Shown here one piece after another: positions 1-10,336 of a DNA stretch of 64,000 bases. The DNA is taken from IMG/VR virus record IMGVR_UViG_3300021963_000021, positions 248,001 to 312,000 of that record. One strand, written 5' to 3'. Under the pieces are notes generated by a model. That model saw nothing but the letters and a program-made list of their open reading frames with translations, did not search any database and was not told where the DNA came from. A program made the translations under genes and the position numbers. The number at the start of each line of letters is the position of its first letter. Position 1 is the first letter of the stretch.

Positions 1-10
1 TTTAACAGTT

Positions 11-1150
11 TCATGTCTTAAGACCTCTAATCTGATCTATGAAAAATATTTTACTATCTACTCTATTAGGATTCTGTTTTTTGTATTGTTCTATGTATTC
101 GTAGAACAAAGGATTTGCGTCTTTTAATGTTTCTTGCCTCAGAAAATCTAACTTGGTATGTGCGTTTATAAAATGCTCGAAATGATCTTCGGCATCTTGA
201 TCTAAGAAATTTAAAATCTCAGCGTATTCATTGCCGTATGCTTCGACGATGGGTCTGATTATCTTTTTATAATCAGCAGGCAAATGATTGATAGAAAGAT
301 AGTTAGGCCACATCAGCAATCTTCTGGTATGTTTGAATCTAGGAAAATTCGTTTCGGTGAATGTTTTTATAGGTGCTAAAAGATTAACATTATATGCGCT
401 GACTGTGGTATGTAATTGTATTTCAGTTAGCCCAGTTCGTTGATCAAATAGACTGTCAAACACTTTCATGATTTCGCAAGACGACTCAAAATCAGCACCA
501 CTTCTAAAATAATCGTTGATGCCTCCATGACCATCTATACTCAATGTTATCCAAAGGTCTTTGGCTCCCCTAAAAATTTCCATCCATCTCTCTGAAGGGA
601 CCACTGTACAATTCGTGGATATTCCTAGGAAGATATTTTTAAGTTTTCCCTGCTGTAACAAATCATACATGAAGTTTTCGGCTTTTTTGCTTAGGAGAGG
701 TTCTCCTCCTGAAAGATTAATTTCAGCCAGTTCACTGTAATCTAAATTTTCTTGATATGTGCTAGTGACATACTTTGTGTCAATGAAAGTCTCACCGTAG
801 AGTTCTTTTTCATCTTCAAATATTAAATGGCTGTTAGTGCTGACACAGCCTCTACATTTGAGATTACACACATTGTCAAAACTGATGTCTAAAACTTTTA
901 GTTTAGATTTGTAGGTAACACCATATTTTTTAATATAGTCAGTACGTCTAGAATCTTTACCATGCTCTTCGTCATGGTAGCATTGAGCGCAGTTGGGAAC
1001 ACGCTCTCCATTGATCATTGCCTGTTTTACTTTTTCAAAATCTACAATGCCTGTGATTTCGTCGTGTGCCCAATAGCAACAGGGTGCTACTAGATTAGGC
1101 ACTACATTAAGACCGATCCACGGAAATGGACAATATGTATTAGAAGTCAT
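11..1150 (-). CDS. Radical SAM protein with N-terminal twitch-type Cys cluster
   Basis: CxxxCxxC (CNLKCRGC), GGEP motif, N-terminal YCPFPW...CC...CAQC. Confidence 0.9.
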   Translation of the reverse strand: MTSNTYCPFPWIGLNVVPNLVAPCCYWAHDEITGIVDFEKVKQAMINGERVPNCAQCYHDEEHGKDSRRTDYIKKYGVTYKSKLKVLDISFDNVCNLKCRGCVSTNSHLIFEDEKELYGETFIDTKYVTSTYQENLDYSELAEINLSGGEPLLSKKAENFMYDLLQQGKLKNIFLGISTNCTVVPSERWMEIFRGAKDLWITLSIDGHGGINDYFRSGADFESSCEIMKVFDSLFDQRTGLTEIQLHTTVSAYNVNLLAPIKTFTETNFPRFKHTRRLLMWPNYLSINHLPADYKKIIRPIVEAYGNEYAEILNFLDQDAEDHFEHFINAHTKLDFLRQETLKDANPLFYEYIEQYKKQNPNRVDSKIFFIDQIRGLKT

Positions 1151-1965
1151 TAATAACTACCTAAGTTTCCTATGCCGATTTTATTTCTAAAATCGTCTGT
1201 GAATTTACAATCAATCCTTAGACCATATTCTTGCTCTAGGCTGTGTTCCCCGCCATGCCAATCTTGATCATTCCAGAAAGCAGCGTGTGAGTTCACATAG
1301 TGCTTATCTTGTGTGTCTGGATCCCATATATAGAATCCACGTTTTGTACGATATCTAATGTGTATAAATTCGTTGTTATGTGGTGTATAGTAGTCGTTCT
1401 CGAATACACCATTCTTGGCATCTAGATCTCTGTGTTCAAATGCCTTGCCGTTGTGATCGCATAAGAAGAATATCACACGACCTATTCTGTCTATGATATT
1501 CTGCTGCTGTAGATTTTCCACCCAACGTACTACGTTAGGAAAATGTTGGCTTTCTTCGGTCTTTTGGCGTTCGGAATTACGTTCATTCCAATCTCCCTCA
1601 TTCCACAAGAAGTAATATATGTAAGGGTCATTGGCACCTAGTGCTGATTTAAGATATCTAGTAAACAGATTTCTTTGTTTGTAGTCTTTGAAATCTTTAG
1701 GGTATATTTCTTTTCCCTGTACTTTGATAGGATGGTCGTCTGCTAATGCTAGGTATTCTTCATGTGCTTTGTATATTGGTTTCCAGTCCCATTTGTAACT
1801 GCCACGGCTTTGATCAAAGCCCGGCGCCATCCAAGTTCCTTCTTTGGCATAATCTCTAGCCAACGCAAGGCCTTTACATATCTCAGGATGTAAATCTATG
1901 AACCCTTGTATGTCCAAATAAGGGTCTAAATTAATATAAGGGTGTCCACCAATACCGCGAATCAT
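1150..1965 (-). CDS. Putative 2OG-Fe(II)-type oxygenase (Asp/Asn hydroxylase-like)
   Basis: HxD (HRD) and distal WH motif with DSBH-like spacing; lies in an oxygenase-rich cluster. Confidence 0.55.
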   Translation of the reverse strand: MIRGIGGHPYINLDPYLDIQGFIDLHPEICKGLALARDYAKEGTWMAPGFDQSRGSYKWDWKPIYKAHEEYLALADDHPIKVQGKEIYPKDFKDYKQRNLFTRYLKSALGANDPYIYYFLWNEGDWNERNSERQKTEESQHFPNVVRWVENLQQQNIIDRIGRVIFFLCDHNGKAFEHRDLDAKNGVFENDYYTPHNNEFIHIRYRTKRGFYIWDPDTQDKHYVNSHAAFWNDQDWHGGEHSLEQEYGLRIDCKFTDDFRNKIGIGNLGSY

Positions 1966-1991
1966 ACAACTACTTATTCGCTATATACGAT

Positions 1992-2687
1992 ATGAACAAC
2001 GACTTTGAATATTACTATAACAATGTTCCGGGCAAAGGTCTCTGTCGGAATAATCTAATCTATACCAGTTTTATCAACAAAGAAAGAACGGTATTTTGCC
2101 AAAGGTATCACAACGACACTGATTATCATCGTGGACAGAATCAAGTAGTAGATCCATCATTGATGGAAGAAAAATGGTTACGTGAAGTAAACTACATTAC
2201 ACAAATGCGTAACGTTTATCCTGATCTAGTACCAAGAATTTTAAATATAAAACTTCAAGAACGTGAGCTGTATTTTGAAATACAAGGTGTTGATTTTTGG
2301 CAACAGACCTTAGACAACAACTGCTCATACGATGACATACTGCCTGACTGGCGTGAACAGATGCTGGACATATTTAAAGCCCATAAAAGTTTAGGCATTT
2401 ACAAATACAGTTTACATCCTAGCAGCTACTTTATTGTTGACGGACAACTTAAAAGTATTAACTACTTCTTTTGTTATAACAACTTAAGTGCCCCTATAAG
2501 CCTACGTAGTGTAATGAGTCACATCAGCGAAGACCGACAAGCTGACTTGTTTCCTAAAATGGCTGCGATGGGTATCAATGTAGATGCTCCTACACCCCAC
2601 AGTCAAATACAACAGTTGGCATTTGAAAGTTTTAAAACAAACTTCCCCACTGACTTCATGGACGAATGTAAAAAGCTGTATGTATAA
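1992..2687 (+). CDS. Protein kinase-like fold protein (degenerate catalytic motifs)
   Basis: alphaC-like REVNY, LVPRIL, GIYKYSLHPSSYFIVDGQLKSINY; aligns with 13515-14222. Confidence 0.5.
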   Translation: MNNDFEYYYNNVPGKGLCRNNLIYTSFINKERTVFCQRYHNDTDYHRGQNQVVDPSLMEEKWLREVNYITQMRNVYPDLVPRILNIKLQERELYFEIQGVDFWQQTLDNNCSYDDILPDWREQMLDIFKAHKSLGIYKYSLHPSSYFIVDGQLKSINYFFCYNNLSAPISLRSVMSHISEDRQADLFPKMAAMGINVDAPTPHSQIQQLAFESFKTNFPTDFMDECKKLYV

Positions 2688-3234
2688 GATTGTACCTTGG
2701 TCGGAAGATTTAGACTTAACTGAGTTCTATGCGGAAGCAGAAAGCCGTGGCTTTGCTAACAATGCTAGCCAGAAGGTAATGATTGATTGTTTTCGCAACG
2801 AGCCAGAATGGGCAGCATGGATACTATACAAAGACGACAAGGCTGTCGGTAGTGTGGCCGCACATTCATTTAATGTAATGGGAACAAATTGTTATCGTGT
2901 ACTAGCACGTACTTGTACGTTCGGCGAAGCAAGGCAGAATGGCGGACTGATTACGCCTAAGAAGTTAATTGCCGAACATCAGAACTTAACGGATCAGTTC
3001 TTGTTGCCTGTGTGTTTAGGGTGGACTGGAAATAATCGTGTGTTTGCCACCAGCAACGAAAGCCAAGTAGCAAGTCAACGACTTGTACATAGACATTACT
3101 TTCCTACGCTAGAGAAGTTAGGCATTGTAAGTCGTGTAGGTGATATGGTATATCGTAATACTGAACAAACTGTCTGGGAAATACATCCAGACGCTTTCCT
3201 TGAAAACTTAGAACGATATCCTAGATGGATCTAA
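2680..3234 (+). CDS. GNAT-like hypothetical protein
   Basis: Start reassigned to ATG 2680 (overlaps the upstream stop); WILYKDDKAVGSVAAH and YRVLARTC resemble GNAT beta strands. Confidence 0.4.
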   Translation: MYKIVPWSEDLDLTEFYAEAESRGFANNASQKVMIDCFRNEPEWAAWILYKDDKAVGSVAAHSFNVMGTNCYRVLARTCTFGEARQNGGLITPKKLIAEHQNLTDQFLLPVCLGWTGNNRVFATSNESQVASQRLVHRHYFPTLEKLGIVSRVGDMVYRNTEQTVWEIHPDAFLENLERYPRWI

Positions 3235-3795
3235 TCCTGGATTGATTCGTTTTAATTCACGATAGACAAATGGTGTTAACTTCCAAACAAATTCCATCTG
3301 TCTAATATTTGTGTTGTTGATCCAAAAATTTACAGCACCTATTATTTCATCGTATTTGATGGTCCAGTCACTGGTAAATGCTTCCGGATCGTTTTGATTT
3401 ATTTCTGTGCTTTCTATAAAACTAAGATCCAGGTGTAGCACATCTGGTCCATATGGATCTATGCTAATCAAGCGACAGGCTTCTGCTAGTTCTTGTTTAT
3501 CGTGTACATACTGTGTAGGAATAAGATCCGGATAAAATCTACTAACAGATCCCATGACTATGATCCTAGGCACATAGTCTTTGACTGCTAACAATAATTT
3601 TGTCTGCTGCTGGTCTCGGTAAGCATTATTGATAAACAAATCGCAGCCTTTGATTTCTTCTACAACTCGATCAAAGTCTTTGTCTATGTCGTAGCCGTTT
3701 GATCTACTGAGTCCTTTGACTTCTGCTCGCTCGTAGAAAAATTCCCAAAGGGCTTTTCCTATACCGTGAGTGTGACCTGTTATTACGACTTTCAT
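3208..3795 (-). CDS. Short-chain dehydrogenase/reductase-like protein
   Basis: ITGHTHGIGKAL Rossmann motif, FINNA, YxxxK (YVHDK). Confidence 0.8.
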   Translation of the reverse strand: MKVVITGHTHGIGKALWEFFYERAEVKGLSRSNGYDIDKDFDRVVEEIKGCDLFINNAYRDQQQTKLLLAVKDYVPRIIVMGSVSRFYPDLIPTQYVHDKQELAEACRLISIDPYGPDVLHLDLSFIESTEINQNDPEAFTSDWTIKYDEIIGAVNFWINNTNIRQMEFVWKLTPFVYRELKRINPGLDPSRISF

Positions 3796-4280
3796 TTGTA
3801 AGTAACGTTGAATTTAACTGTAATGATGCTGGGATTGTCTAGCCAAAAGTCTACTAGATTGATTACAGATTTTTTGTCTTTGTATGAACTGCTGGTTAGT
3901 TTAATTAACATGAGGTCAGTGTCTACATTCTTTTCTTTGGACAGAGTTTCGCACAAGTCATCTAATTCTTTTTTATGTTGACTGTATTCTGGTCTATCTG
4001 GGTCTGGGTATTCGCTGGCTACGCTGCCGCAGACAACCATGCCCTGTACCTTGCCAAACAATGCTTTAACTAAAGGTATCTGTGCTCCGTTAGCATAGGC
4101 ATTGTTAATGAACAGATCGCAGCCCTTTGCCACTGATGCTATTTTGTCAACATCCTTTTCTATGTCCCAACCGTTGCTGCGAGAAAATCCCTGTACTTCC
4201 CAACCTATATCTACAAAGTAGTCGTAGAGGGCTTTACCTAGCCCGCTAGTATGCCCAGTTATAAAACAAGTCTTATTCAT
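3792..4280 (-). CDS. Short-chain dehydrogenase/reductase-like protein (paralogue of neighbour)
   Basis: ITGHTSGLGKAL, FINNA, YxxxK (YSQHK). Confidence 0.8.
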   Translation of the reverse strand: MNKTCFITGHTSGLGKALYDYFVDIGWEVQGFSRSNGWDIEKDVDKIASVAKGCDLFINNAYANGAQIPLVKALFGKVQGMVVCGSVASEYPDPDRPEYSQHKKELDDLCETLSKEKNVDTDLMLIKLTSSSYKDKKSVINLVDFWLDNPSIITVKFNVTYK

Positions 4281-4941
4281 AATTTACTTTGAACTCCGGC
4301 GTTACAAGTTGTTTAAATTCATCTAACAACTCTCGCTCTAATTTAAATTTTAAACTAAATGTGTTATGGGCAAAGTCTGCTAACTTGTATTTCTGATTGG
4401 CACGATTTAAGAACGGGCTAAAGATTTTATCGAACTTGTATCTAAAGTCGTGTTGTTCATATGCTGGCTCCATACTAATGCTGACTAAGTCTACAGGCTG
4501 ACGACTACGGCGTAGTGGTTCGCGTACTACTAACTGTAGTCGTGAAATTGATCCGTAGTTTGTTGCCGCATGTATGCGACTAGCATCCATATACGCCCAA
4601 CGATTATCTCTCTCACATTTGTACATAACTTCATTGTCTAAATCAATCAAGTATGCTTGCTCACCTGTTAAGTTTAAGTGCCACCGATTGTCTATATCAG
4701 CATGTGCCATATAACTCTCACCAGGTTCCATTTTAATAATACGTGCTTGTCCAATAGTCATTGGCATAGAGTCTAATACTTGTTGCCAAAGTGTATCTTT
4801 GTACAAGTCTTTAATTTGCCAGCTATCGTAAAAGAAATCACCTGTTGGTTCATTAAGAACAACACTGCCCGTAATAGGATGCTCTTTTAGTGCTTGCTCT
4901 ATGAGACCTTCTGGGCAGGTCCATATCTGTTTAGTAATCAT
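4273..4941 (-). CDS. Aspartyl/asparaginyl beta-hydroxylase-like 2OG oxygenase
   Basis: ARIIKMEPGESYMAHADIDNRWHL...IHAATNYG...RLQLV. Confidence 0.75.
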   Translation of the reverse strand: MITKQIWTCPEGLIEQALKEHPITGSVVLNEPTGDFFYDSWQIKDLYKDTLWQQVLDSMPMTIGQARIIKMEPGESYMAHADIDNRWHLNLTGEQAYLIDLDNEVMYKCERDNRWAYMDASRIHAATNYGSISRLQLVVREPLRRSRQPVDLVSISMEPAYEQHDFRYKFDKIFSPFLNRANQKYKLADFAHNTFSLKFKLERELLDEFKQLVTPEFKVNYE

Positions 4942-4970
4942 GAAATATTTATGTGCTACTATAACCCGTG

Positions 4971-4976
4971 TAAATA
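4971..4976 (+). promoter_or_regulatory. T4-type late promoter core TAAATA
   Basis: TAAATA 4 nt before ATG 4981 in a divergent intergenic gap; the motif recurs before many genes. Confidence 0.5.
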
Positions 4977-4980
4977 CTTC

Positions 4981-5742
4981 ATGAATTCATTCACAGTAAA
5001 TGATGTTGAAATACCCTTTGATCACAATTGGTCCAGTGTTGCCATAAGCCTCAGTGGAGGTGCTGACTCTGCGCTATTAGCATACCTTTTATGCGATCAT
5101 GTTCGACAGAATCACATAGAACCATTTACCGTACACATCATAAGTCATACACGTATGTGGAAAACCAAACCATGGCAAGAGCATGACAGTTTGGCTGTGT
5201 TTAGGTGGCTGTTAAACAAATTTACACATATCACATTTCATAGGCATACTAACTTCATAGCACCTGAATTAGAATGGGGAGACAAAGGCCCGACTATAGT
5301 AGACGAATATGGTAAACTAGTCAGCGGCGACAATGTTGAACTCAGAGCATTTGGAGAATACGTCTGCCATCATAACAAGGTAAATGCCTATTATAACGCA
5401 GTCACTAGAAATCCAAAAAATGTCAGCTTCAAGGGCATGCCAACTAGAGATATAGATCCAACCGATGATAATCAACATCTTAGGATAATGGAACACATGG
5501 GTGTGATGGCCTGTCATCCATTTAGATTTGTTGATAAAAGTTGGGTGGTTAAGACTTACAATAAATTAAACCTACAAGATCTATTCTACATGACTCGTAG
5601 TTGTGAAGGTGACAACTCAACTAGACCGGAAGTATTTTTAGATTTAGATTACAAAACATACAAGCCAGGGCAACCAGTACCAATTTGCGGTCGTTGTTTT
5701 TGGTGTAAAGAAAGGGCATGGGCAATTGAACAGTCAAAGTAA
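4981..5742 (+). CDS. QueC-like PP-loop ATPase (7-cyano-7-deazaguanine synthase-like)
   Basis: SLSGGADS PP-loop and C-terminal C...CGRCFWC Zn motif; start reassigned to ATG 4981. Confidence 0.7.
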   Translation: MNSFTVNDVEIPFDHNWSSVAISLSGGADSALLAYLLCDHVRQNHIEPFTVHIISHTRMWKTKPWQEHDSLAVFRWLLNKFTHITFHRHTNFIAPELEWGDKGPTIVDEYGKLVSGDNVELRAFGEYVCHHNKVNAYYNAVTRNPKNVSFKGMPTRDIDPTDDNQHLRIMEHMGVMACHPFRFVDKSWVVKTYNKLNLQDLFYMTRSCEGDNSTRPEVFLDLDYKTYKPGQPVPICGRCFWCKERAWAIEQSK

Positions 5743-6994
5743 AACATTTTGTATGCACCCTTTCACAGGGCTAGCAACACGCGAAGATGGCGCTGTTAAA
5801 GTCTGTTGTCGCAGCCACCCTGTTGGCTTTATACAAGACTCCAGTCTAGAAGATATATGGAACAACGATAATATGCGTCGGATACGCAGTCAAGTATTGT
5901 CTGGAGAACGTCCGCCTGAATGCGAACCTTGCTTTAGTTTAGAAGATCAAGGAGTTGAAAGTCTTCGCCAGCGACATATCAAAGGTGAAATACCAGAAGC
6001 ACGTATTAACCTGTACCCTCGAGCATTTGAGAATCTACATCCAGAGATGACTATGCCGTTTGAAATTCCTACTATGGAAATCAAACTCAATAACCTGTGT
6101 AATTTAAAGTGTCGCATGTGTCATCCAATGGACAGCACTAGTTGGAATGATTGGGATCAAGTAGAGAAATTCTATAAGAAAGAAAACAATTATCTAGTGC
6201 CAGTCATTGATCGACTAGGTTTAAAAACCAACAAGTATCTGTGTCCTTTCGAAGACAGTGATAATTGGTGGTCTAGTTTTGAGAAACTATTACCACACTT
6301 TAGGCGTGTAGAATTTGCTGGCGGTGAACCTCTAATGGATCCACAGCATTATAAGATATTAGATATGTTAAAGCCCTATGGTGCTAACATAGAAATCAAA
6401 TATGCCACTAATGGCACAACACTAGGAATCAGCAAAGGAAGGACTATTCATGACTATTGGCCACATTTTAGATCAGTTGCCGTTAATGTCAGCATTGACG
6501 GCATTCATGATGTTTACAATTACATACGCGGCAACGGCAATTTTAATGACATTGAAAAGAACGTTAAAGAGATCAAAAGTATCCCAAATGTAAGTCGTGT
6601 AGTTGGTGCGTTCACAGCACAGGCAGGAAATATATTACAGGCAGCTGAGTGTATAGAATACTTTACAGAAACAATGGGTATAATTTTTTACAGTCATAGA
6701 GTCAGCTATCCTTCCTGTCTATCAGCACAGGTGTTACCGGAGCCATTAAAAGAGCTAGCCTACAGCAGATTAGAAGCAGTAAAAAGTAAATTACAAAACT
6801 TTAGTTCTGTAAAAAATAATCCTAAGTTGGGAAATTTCTTAGAAGGGCAGATTCGAGATAATCAAAACTATCTACGTGCCAAGGACCAGAATCATCTATG
6901 GAAAGATTTTGTAGAGTTTAATCACAACTTAGATAAAACTAGGAAACAAGGACCATTGGAAATAATAGTTCCGGAGTTTGCTAACTATGTATAA
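5726..6994 (+). CDS. Twitch-domain radical SAM protein
   Basis: FCMHPF...CC...CEPC; CNLKCRMC; FAGGEP. Confidence 0.92.
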   Translation: MNSQSKTFCMHPFTGLATREDGAVKVCCRSHPVGFIQDSSLEDIWNNDNMRRIRSQVLSGERPPECEPCFSLEDQGVESLRQRHIKGEIPEARINLYPRAFENLHPEMTMPFEIPTMEIKLNNLCNLKCRMCHPMDSTSWNDWDQVEKFYKKENNYLVPVIDRLGLKTNKYLCPFEDSDNWWSSFEKLLPHFRRVEFAGGEPLMDPQHYKILDMLKPYGANIEIKYATNGTTLGISKGRTIHDYWPHFRSVAVNVSIDGIHDVYNYIRGNGNFNDIEKNVKEIKSIPNVSRVVGAFTAQAGNILQAAECIEYFTETMGIIFYSHRVSYPSCLSAQVLPEPLKELAYSRLEAVKSKLQNFSSVKNNPKLGNFLEGQIRDNQNYLRAKDQNHLWKDFVEFNHNLDKTRKQGPLEIIVPEFANYV

Positions 6995-7886
6995 AATTAC
7001 TAGTGCGTGGCCTCACCAGGATCAACTTAAAGTAGAATGGAACCTTGGCAAACGCTGTAACTACGATTGTAGCTATTGTCCTAGCAGCATACACGACAGT
7101 CATAGTCCCCATACAGATATAAACATACTCGAAGCCACTGTAGACAAACTCTGTCAAATAGAAAAACCATTGCGAATAAGTCTAACCGGCGGTGAGCCCT
7201 GTGTTCATCCTGACATAGAAGACCTGTTTGAATACATGAAACGCAAAGGTGTATTTTGGTTGAATGTAACTACTAATGGGACTAGAGCAGCTAAATGGTA
7301 TGCTGACAATTCAGAATTTTTTCAACATCTAGTAATTAGTTTACATTTTGAACATGACTGGAAACGTGTGTTGACTACGATCCATGACCTACACTTCATG
7401 GCTGGGAATTTAGATTTTTTTGTAAATGTCATGGCACATCATAACTACATGGAAGAAGCAAAAATAGCCGTAGATCAGTTAACACGCATTGGTGTGAAGT
7501 TTGCGGTCAGACGTGTACGCTGGACCGAAGGTGATCACAATGTCTTTGATGACATGCGCTATGACGGTAATGACCTACAATGGATATTGGATAATGATGC
7601 CACAGCGAAACCCAATGTTCGCATAGACGACACACAAATCATACACGCCAATGATGTTATTAAAAAGCATTTAAATCAGTTTAACGGATGGACATGCAGC
7701 GCCGGTCTCGAAAGCCTCATGATTAATTGGGATGGGGAAGTACATCGTGCTACTTGTAGAGTAGGAGGTAGCTTGGGCAACATATACCACGGTACGTTTG
7801 TTGTACCCAACGAACCCGTTATATGTACTAGAGACTGGTGTACATGCGCTGCTGACATTCCTCTTACAAAGATAAAAAATGATTGA
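6987..7886 (+). CDS. Radical SAM protein with C-terminal SPASM/twitch Cys cluster
   Basis: CNYDCSYC; TGGEP; C-terminal C...C...CTRDWCTC. Confidence 0.92.
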   Translation: MYKITSAWPHQDQLKVEWNLGKRCNYDCSYCPSSIHDSHSPHTDINILEATVDKLCQIEKPLRISLTGGEPCVHPDIEDLFEYMKRKGVFWLNVTTNGTRAAKWYADNSEFFQHLVISLHFEHDWKRVLTTIHDLHFMAGNLDFFVNVMAHHNYMEEAKIAVDQLTRIGVKFAVRRVRWTEGDHNVFDDMRYDGNDLQWILDNDATAKPNVRIDDTQIIHANDVIKKHLNQFNGWTCSAGLESLMINWDGEVHRATCRVGGSLGNIYHGTFVVPNEPVICTRDWCTCAADIPLTKIKND

Positions 7887-8985
7887 TACTGAAGCCATAC
7901 GTTTAAGAAATCCTGAACCTTTTCTAGTCACTTGGGAAATACTAAGAAGGTGTAATCTAGACTGTACTTATTGTGAAAGCACTAGGCACGATAATCACAG
8001 TCCATTGCCTAGCATAGAGGAACTCAAGTGGACATTTGATTTTATTAAAGATTACACTTCTCTATATCTTAGCAAGAAAAAAATGAACAGAGGAGTGTTC
8101 ATAGATTTTACAGGTGGCGAGCCAACAGTAAACCCTGCGTTTTGGGAACTGCTAGATTACATTAGACAGCATCCAGACTTTGGCATGACGCTAACTACCA
8201 ACGGAACTTGGGGTAAAAATTTTACAGAAAAGATTGCCGACAATTTCAAACACGTTACCATAAGCTGGCATGCCGAGGCAAAGCCAGAACTTAAAGAACG
8301 TACTGTAGATAACATCCTAGCGTTACACGACATGGGAGTTTCTGTACAGGCTAATATTATGCTTCATGTTGACTACTTTGACGAAGCCAAAGAACTGTGT
8401 CAACGATTAAGAGCCTATGGGATACGTGTACATCCTACTCCCATAGGTGACGGAAATATTTTACGCAAGGGTTGGTTTGTTGACACAGATGGCACTAACA
8501 GAAGGACCAGCCACGAATACACTACAGAACAACAAAATTGGTTTTTTGAGTTTCAAGGGCTACCTAAGAAAATTGATGTTGTACAAGAAGGCACTAATGT
8601 AGGTAGAGCCTGCTGTGGCGGACGATGTACTCAAGGGCTAGTAAACGAAAAGTGGCAGGACGTTAAATTAGTCAACACATTTTTCAAAGATTGGTACTGT
8701 ATGATCAATTGGTTTTTCTTACATATTGATCAACAATCAGGAAACATCTTTCATCACCAAACTTGTAAGGCCACGTTCGAAGGAATAGGTCCCATTGGAC
8801 ATATATCTGATCCTACAAGTTTGTTAAAGAAAACATACGACTTATTGTCGCAGGAATCTATAAAGCCTATCGTGTGCCCTAATCAGAGATGCGGCTGCGG
8901 CATGTGTGCGCCTAAGGCAAAGAATTTAACAGACTTTAAGGTGCTTTGGAATAATTCAGTAAATGTTCCAATTCAGGAAACGTAG
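7879..8985 (+). CDS. Radical SAM protein
   Basis: CNLDCTYC; TGGEP; C-terminal CPNQRCGCGMC. Confidence 0.92.
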   Translation: MIDTEAIRLRNPEPFLVTWEILRRCNLDCTYCESTRHDNHSPLPSIEELKWTFDFIKDYTSLYLSKKKMNRGVFIDFTGGEPTVNPAFWELLDYIRQHPDFGMTLTTNGTWGKNFTEKIADNFKHVTISWHAEAKPELKERTVDNILALHDMGVSVQANIMLHVDYFDEAKELCQRLRAYGIRVHPTPIGDGNILRKGWFVDTDGTNRRTSHEYTTEQQNWFFEFQGLPKKIDVVQEGTNVGRACCGGRCTQGLVNEKWQDVKLVNTFFKDWYCMINWFFLHIDQQSGNIFHHQTCKATFEGIGPIGHISDPTSLLKKTYDLLSQESIKPIVCPNQRCGCGMCAPKAKNLTDFKVLWNNSVNVPIQET

Positions 8986-10336
8986 ATTTAAAATCTGTTC
9001 CCCTTAGAGTTTCCATACGTTCTATGTATTCACGGAACGCAGGCAATAAATGAGTATGATCCTCGCTGTCCATAAATTTTAACACAGCTTGCCAACGCTG
9101 CCAACCGTAGGGATTTTCTTTCCAGAAATCCTCATCCTGTCTATAATTTATATACAGCCAGTTTGCCAACATAGCAAAGTTTTCTCTAACCTCAGCTTTG
9201 TCCTCGTCGGGTAACGCCTTGATGCTTAAGAATGTAGGTATGTATAATAAGTGCATATTAAACAATCCACCGCCTGCTTGTATGCCTCCAGTGACATTTT
9301 CAAAATTAATTTTTTTGAAACCTTCACGCACTTTCCATTTGGCAAGATCGGGTAAGTGTTTAATATTCAATATCTGTATAGCTGTGGCAATACTAGCCTG
9401 TATGTTGGCCGGAGCCTTGTCGAGCTTGTGTAGATTTTTTACCACAGTGTCCCAATCAGTAGGAAACCGTATATAACGATTTTTCTCTCCTACTGCGTCG
9501 ATGCTTACACCGACCTTAACTAATCTAAACTTAGACCAAAGATCGATTATCTCGTCATCTATGAGTAGACCGTTAGTATTGTATCTAACTAATATTTTAT
9601 CAGCATATCCTTGACGTATGATTTCTTCTAAGAACAGTTTATGTTCTTTAATCATCAAGGGTTCGCCACCTGCGAAGTATACCTGTTTTAGATTAGGAAT
9701 CTGCGCATACATTTCTTTCCAGAAGTCTGGATTCTCGTGCCAAAAATTATTGAAGTCTCCACGACCCCAGGCCATTTGTTCTTTTAACTCTTTGGCTTGG
9801 AATAACGGATAGACTTTCTTGTGATCCGCTACCCACTGACTGCTGTCGTGTGGACTACACATAATACATTTTAAATTACAGGTATGCCCTAGTCTAAGAT
9901 CTAGGTAAATTAACTGTTCTGGTACTGTGCCATCTTCTTCAGTTTGTTTAACTAGTTCTTCTAGGTCTATACCTTCCTCAACCCATGTACCTGTTTCCCA
10001 AATGCGCTTGCTGGCTACACCGCGACTTTCTTCTTTATAACACTTGGCACAACTGGCTGGAATGTTGCCGTCTAGCATGGTTAGGCGCACATCCTTCATA
10101 TAGTCGTTGTTCCAAGCACTCATAGGAGTTTCCCGACCAAAGTTAGCAGGTTTGCCTGTTTCGTTTTTTACTAGCCCTATCTCATGATCTGTGCCTGCGC
10201 CGCTGCTGTTAGAATTACAGCACAACCTCATATCACCGTTTGGTCTTGTGGCAAAGTGTATCCATGGTAATACACAGAAAGTTTTACTGCCAGTCAACTG
10301 CTCAATCTTGTCTTGCCAATGTTTGATTTTATCCAT
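8936..10336 (-). CDS. Twitch-domain radical SAM protein
   Basis: FCVLPW...LCC...CAKC; CNLKCIMC; FAGGEP. Confidence 0.92.
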   Translation of the reverse strand: MDKIKHWQDKIEQLTGSKTFCVLPWIHFATRPNGDMRLCCNSNSSGAGTDHEIGLVKNETGKPANFGRETPMSAWNNDYMKDVRLTMLDGNIPASCAKCYKEESRGVASKRIWETGTWVEEGIDLEELVKQTEEDGTVPEQLIYLDLRLGHTCNLKCIMCSPHDSSQWVADHKKVYPLFQAKELKEQMAWGRGDFNNFWHENPDFWKEMYAQIPNLKQVYFAGGEPLMIKEHKLFLEEIIRQGYADKILVRYNTNGLLIDDEIIDLWSKFRLVKVGVSIDAVGEKNRYIRFPTDWDTVVKNLHKLDKAPANIQASIATAIQILNIKHLPDLAKWKVREGFKKINFENVTGGIQAGGGLFNMHLLYIPTFLSIKALPDEDKAEVRENFAMLANWLYINYRQDEDFWKENPYGWQRWQAVLKFMDSEDHTHLLPAFREYIERMETLRGTDFKSTFPELEHLLNYSKAP

